DNA of 64,000 nt from Monocercomonoides exilis PA203 (taxonomy: Eukaryota; Protista; Preaxostyla). The translations under genes and the position numbers were made by a program. The stretch spans positions 620,001-684,000 of the forward strand of contig LSRY02000008.1 of the NCBI GenBank assembly GCA_001643675.2, in the 5' to 3' direction. Positions 63,190 to 64,000 of the stretch are shown piece by piece; position 1 is the stretch's first letter; each line of letters opens with the position of its first letter. The notes below the pieces were generated by a model that made no database searches, was not told the origin of the DNA, and saw only the letters and a program-made list of their open reading frames with translations.

Positions 63190-64000
63190 TTTCGTTTTCA
63201 GGAAAAAATGACATATGAATATTCTCATGCAAAATTTTCAAATGAAACTTTTCAAAAATTTACAGAAATTTAATCTTTTCTTTCTCTTTCAATTCTCTTT
63301 TCCCTTTCCTTTCTCTCTTTCATTCTTTTTCTTTTGCTTTTTTTTTGAGAAAATTGAAGAAATTTTTAAATATGAAAAGATTCAAGCGAATAAAGAATTA
63401 TTTGAATAACAAAAGAAAACGAAAATGAAATTTCTCTCTCCAATCTCTTTTTTCTCGCAATTACTTCTCCTTTCGTTTCAGCATATTCTCCTTCTTTTGA
63501 CATATAAAAATAAAAACAAAACGATAAAATAATACAATACATATTTTATTCAAGTGAAAATATCAAAAATTTTCACGAAATACATAAAAAAATCATCATA
63601 TTAGAAGTGTTGAAAAGTTTTCCAAATGAATAAAGATATTATCAAAACTCTTCAAAACAAAAAGAGAAATCACTCTCCTTTATAAAAATTAAAAATTTGA
63701 CTTTATTTAATAAAATAGTTGAGAGAAAAGATTAAGCAAAAGTGAATTTGTATATAAGGTATGGAAGAAGAAATTCTTTGAATTGAATCCTAAATTTCTT
63801 GTTGAAGGATGGAAAAGTCCTTCGAAAAGGACAAAGACCAGCAAATATCATAAGAAATGTTGAACTGTGGTAAAACTGCATCTCAGATATTTGTATGTCA
63901 TCTGATTCAGATGAAAAATTGTGTTTCTTTCTGTCTCAGAAAGCAAACATTTAAAATGAAACAATCAACCGTTCATCCAAGATGGTACCTCTGTGTCAAC

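Overview
AT-rich eukaryotic (protist) genomic DNA with short GT-AG introns and the standard genetic code. The gene families resemble those expanded in the oxymonad Monocercomonoides (inference from memory, not from a search). The dominant structure is a ~35.5 kb giant inverted duplication (left arm ~7590-23193, right arm 27430-~43140). Its 4.24 kb non-repeated spacer is filled almost exactly by the coding body of a DIRS-type tyrosine-recombinase retrotransposon (gag-like ORF, RT/RNase H/methyltransferase ORF, YR ORF). The inner ~2.95 kb of the arms is almost perfectly identical. The outer arms are older and mosaic, and the switch falls inside a paralogous host gene. Each arm carries two 3-exon genes of an uncharacterised helical family and a copy of a large receptor-like surface-protein gene (both copies disabled, at different sites). 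To the right are further surface-protein gene fragments, an intronless 731-aa protein made of 24 ankyrin-like ~30-aa repeats, and a tRNA-like Pol III promoter relic. There is also a 2.94 kb non-autonomous DNA transposon (17-bp TIRs, 8-bp TSD) carrying an intron-containing host pseudogene, a foldback repeat, microsatellites and a 2-exon TMEM170-like gene.
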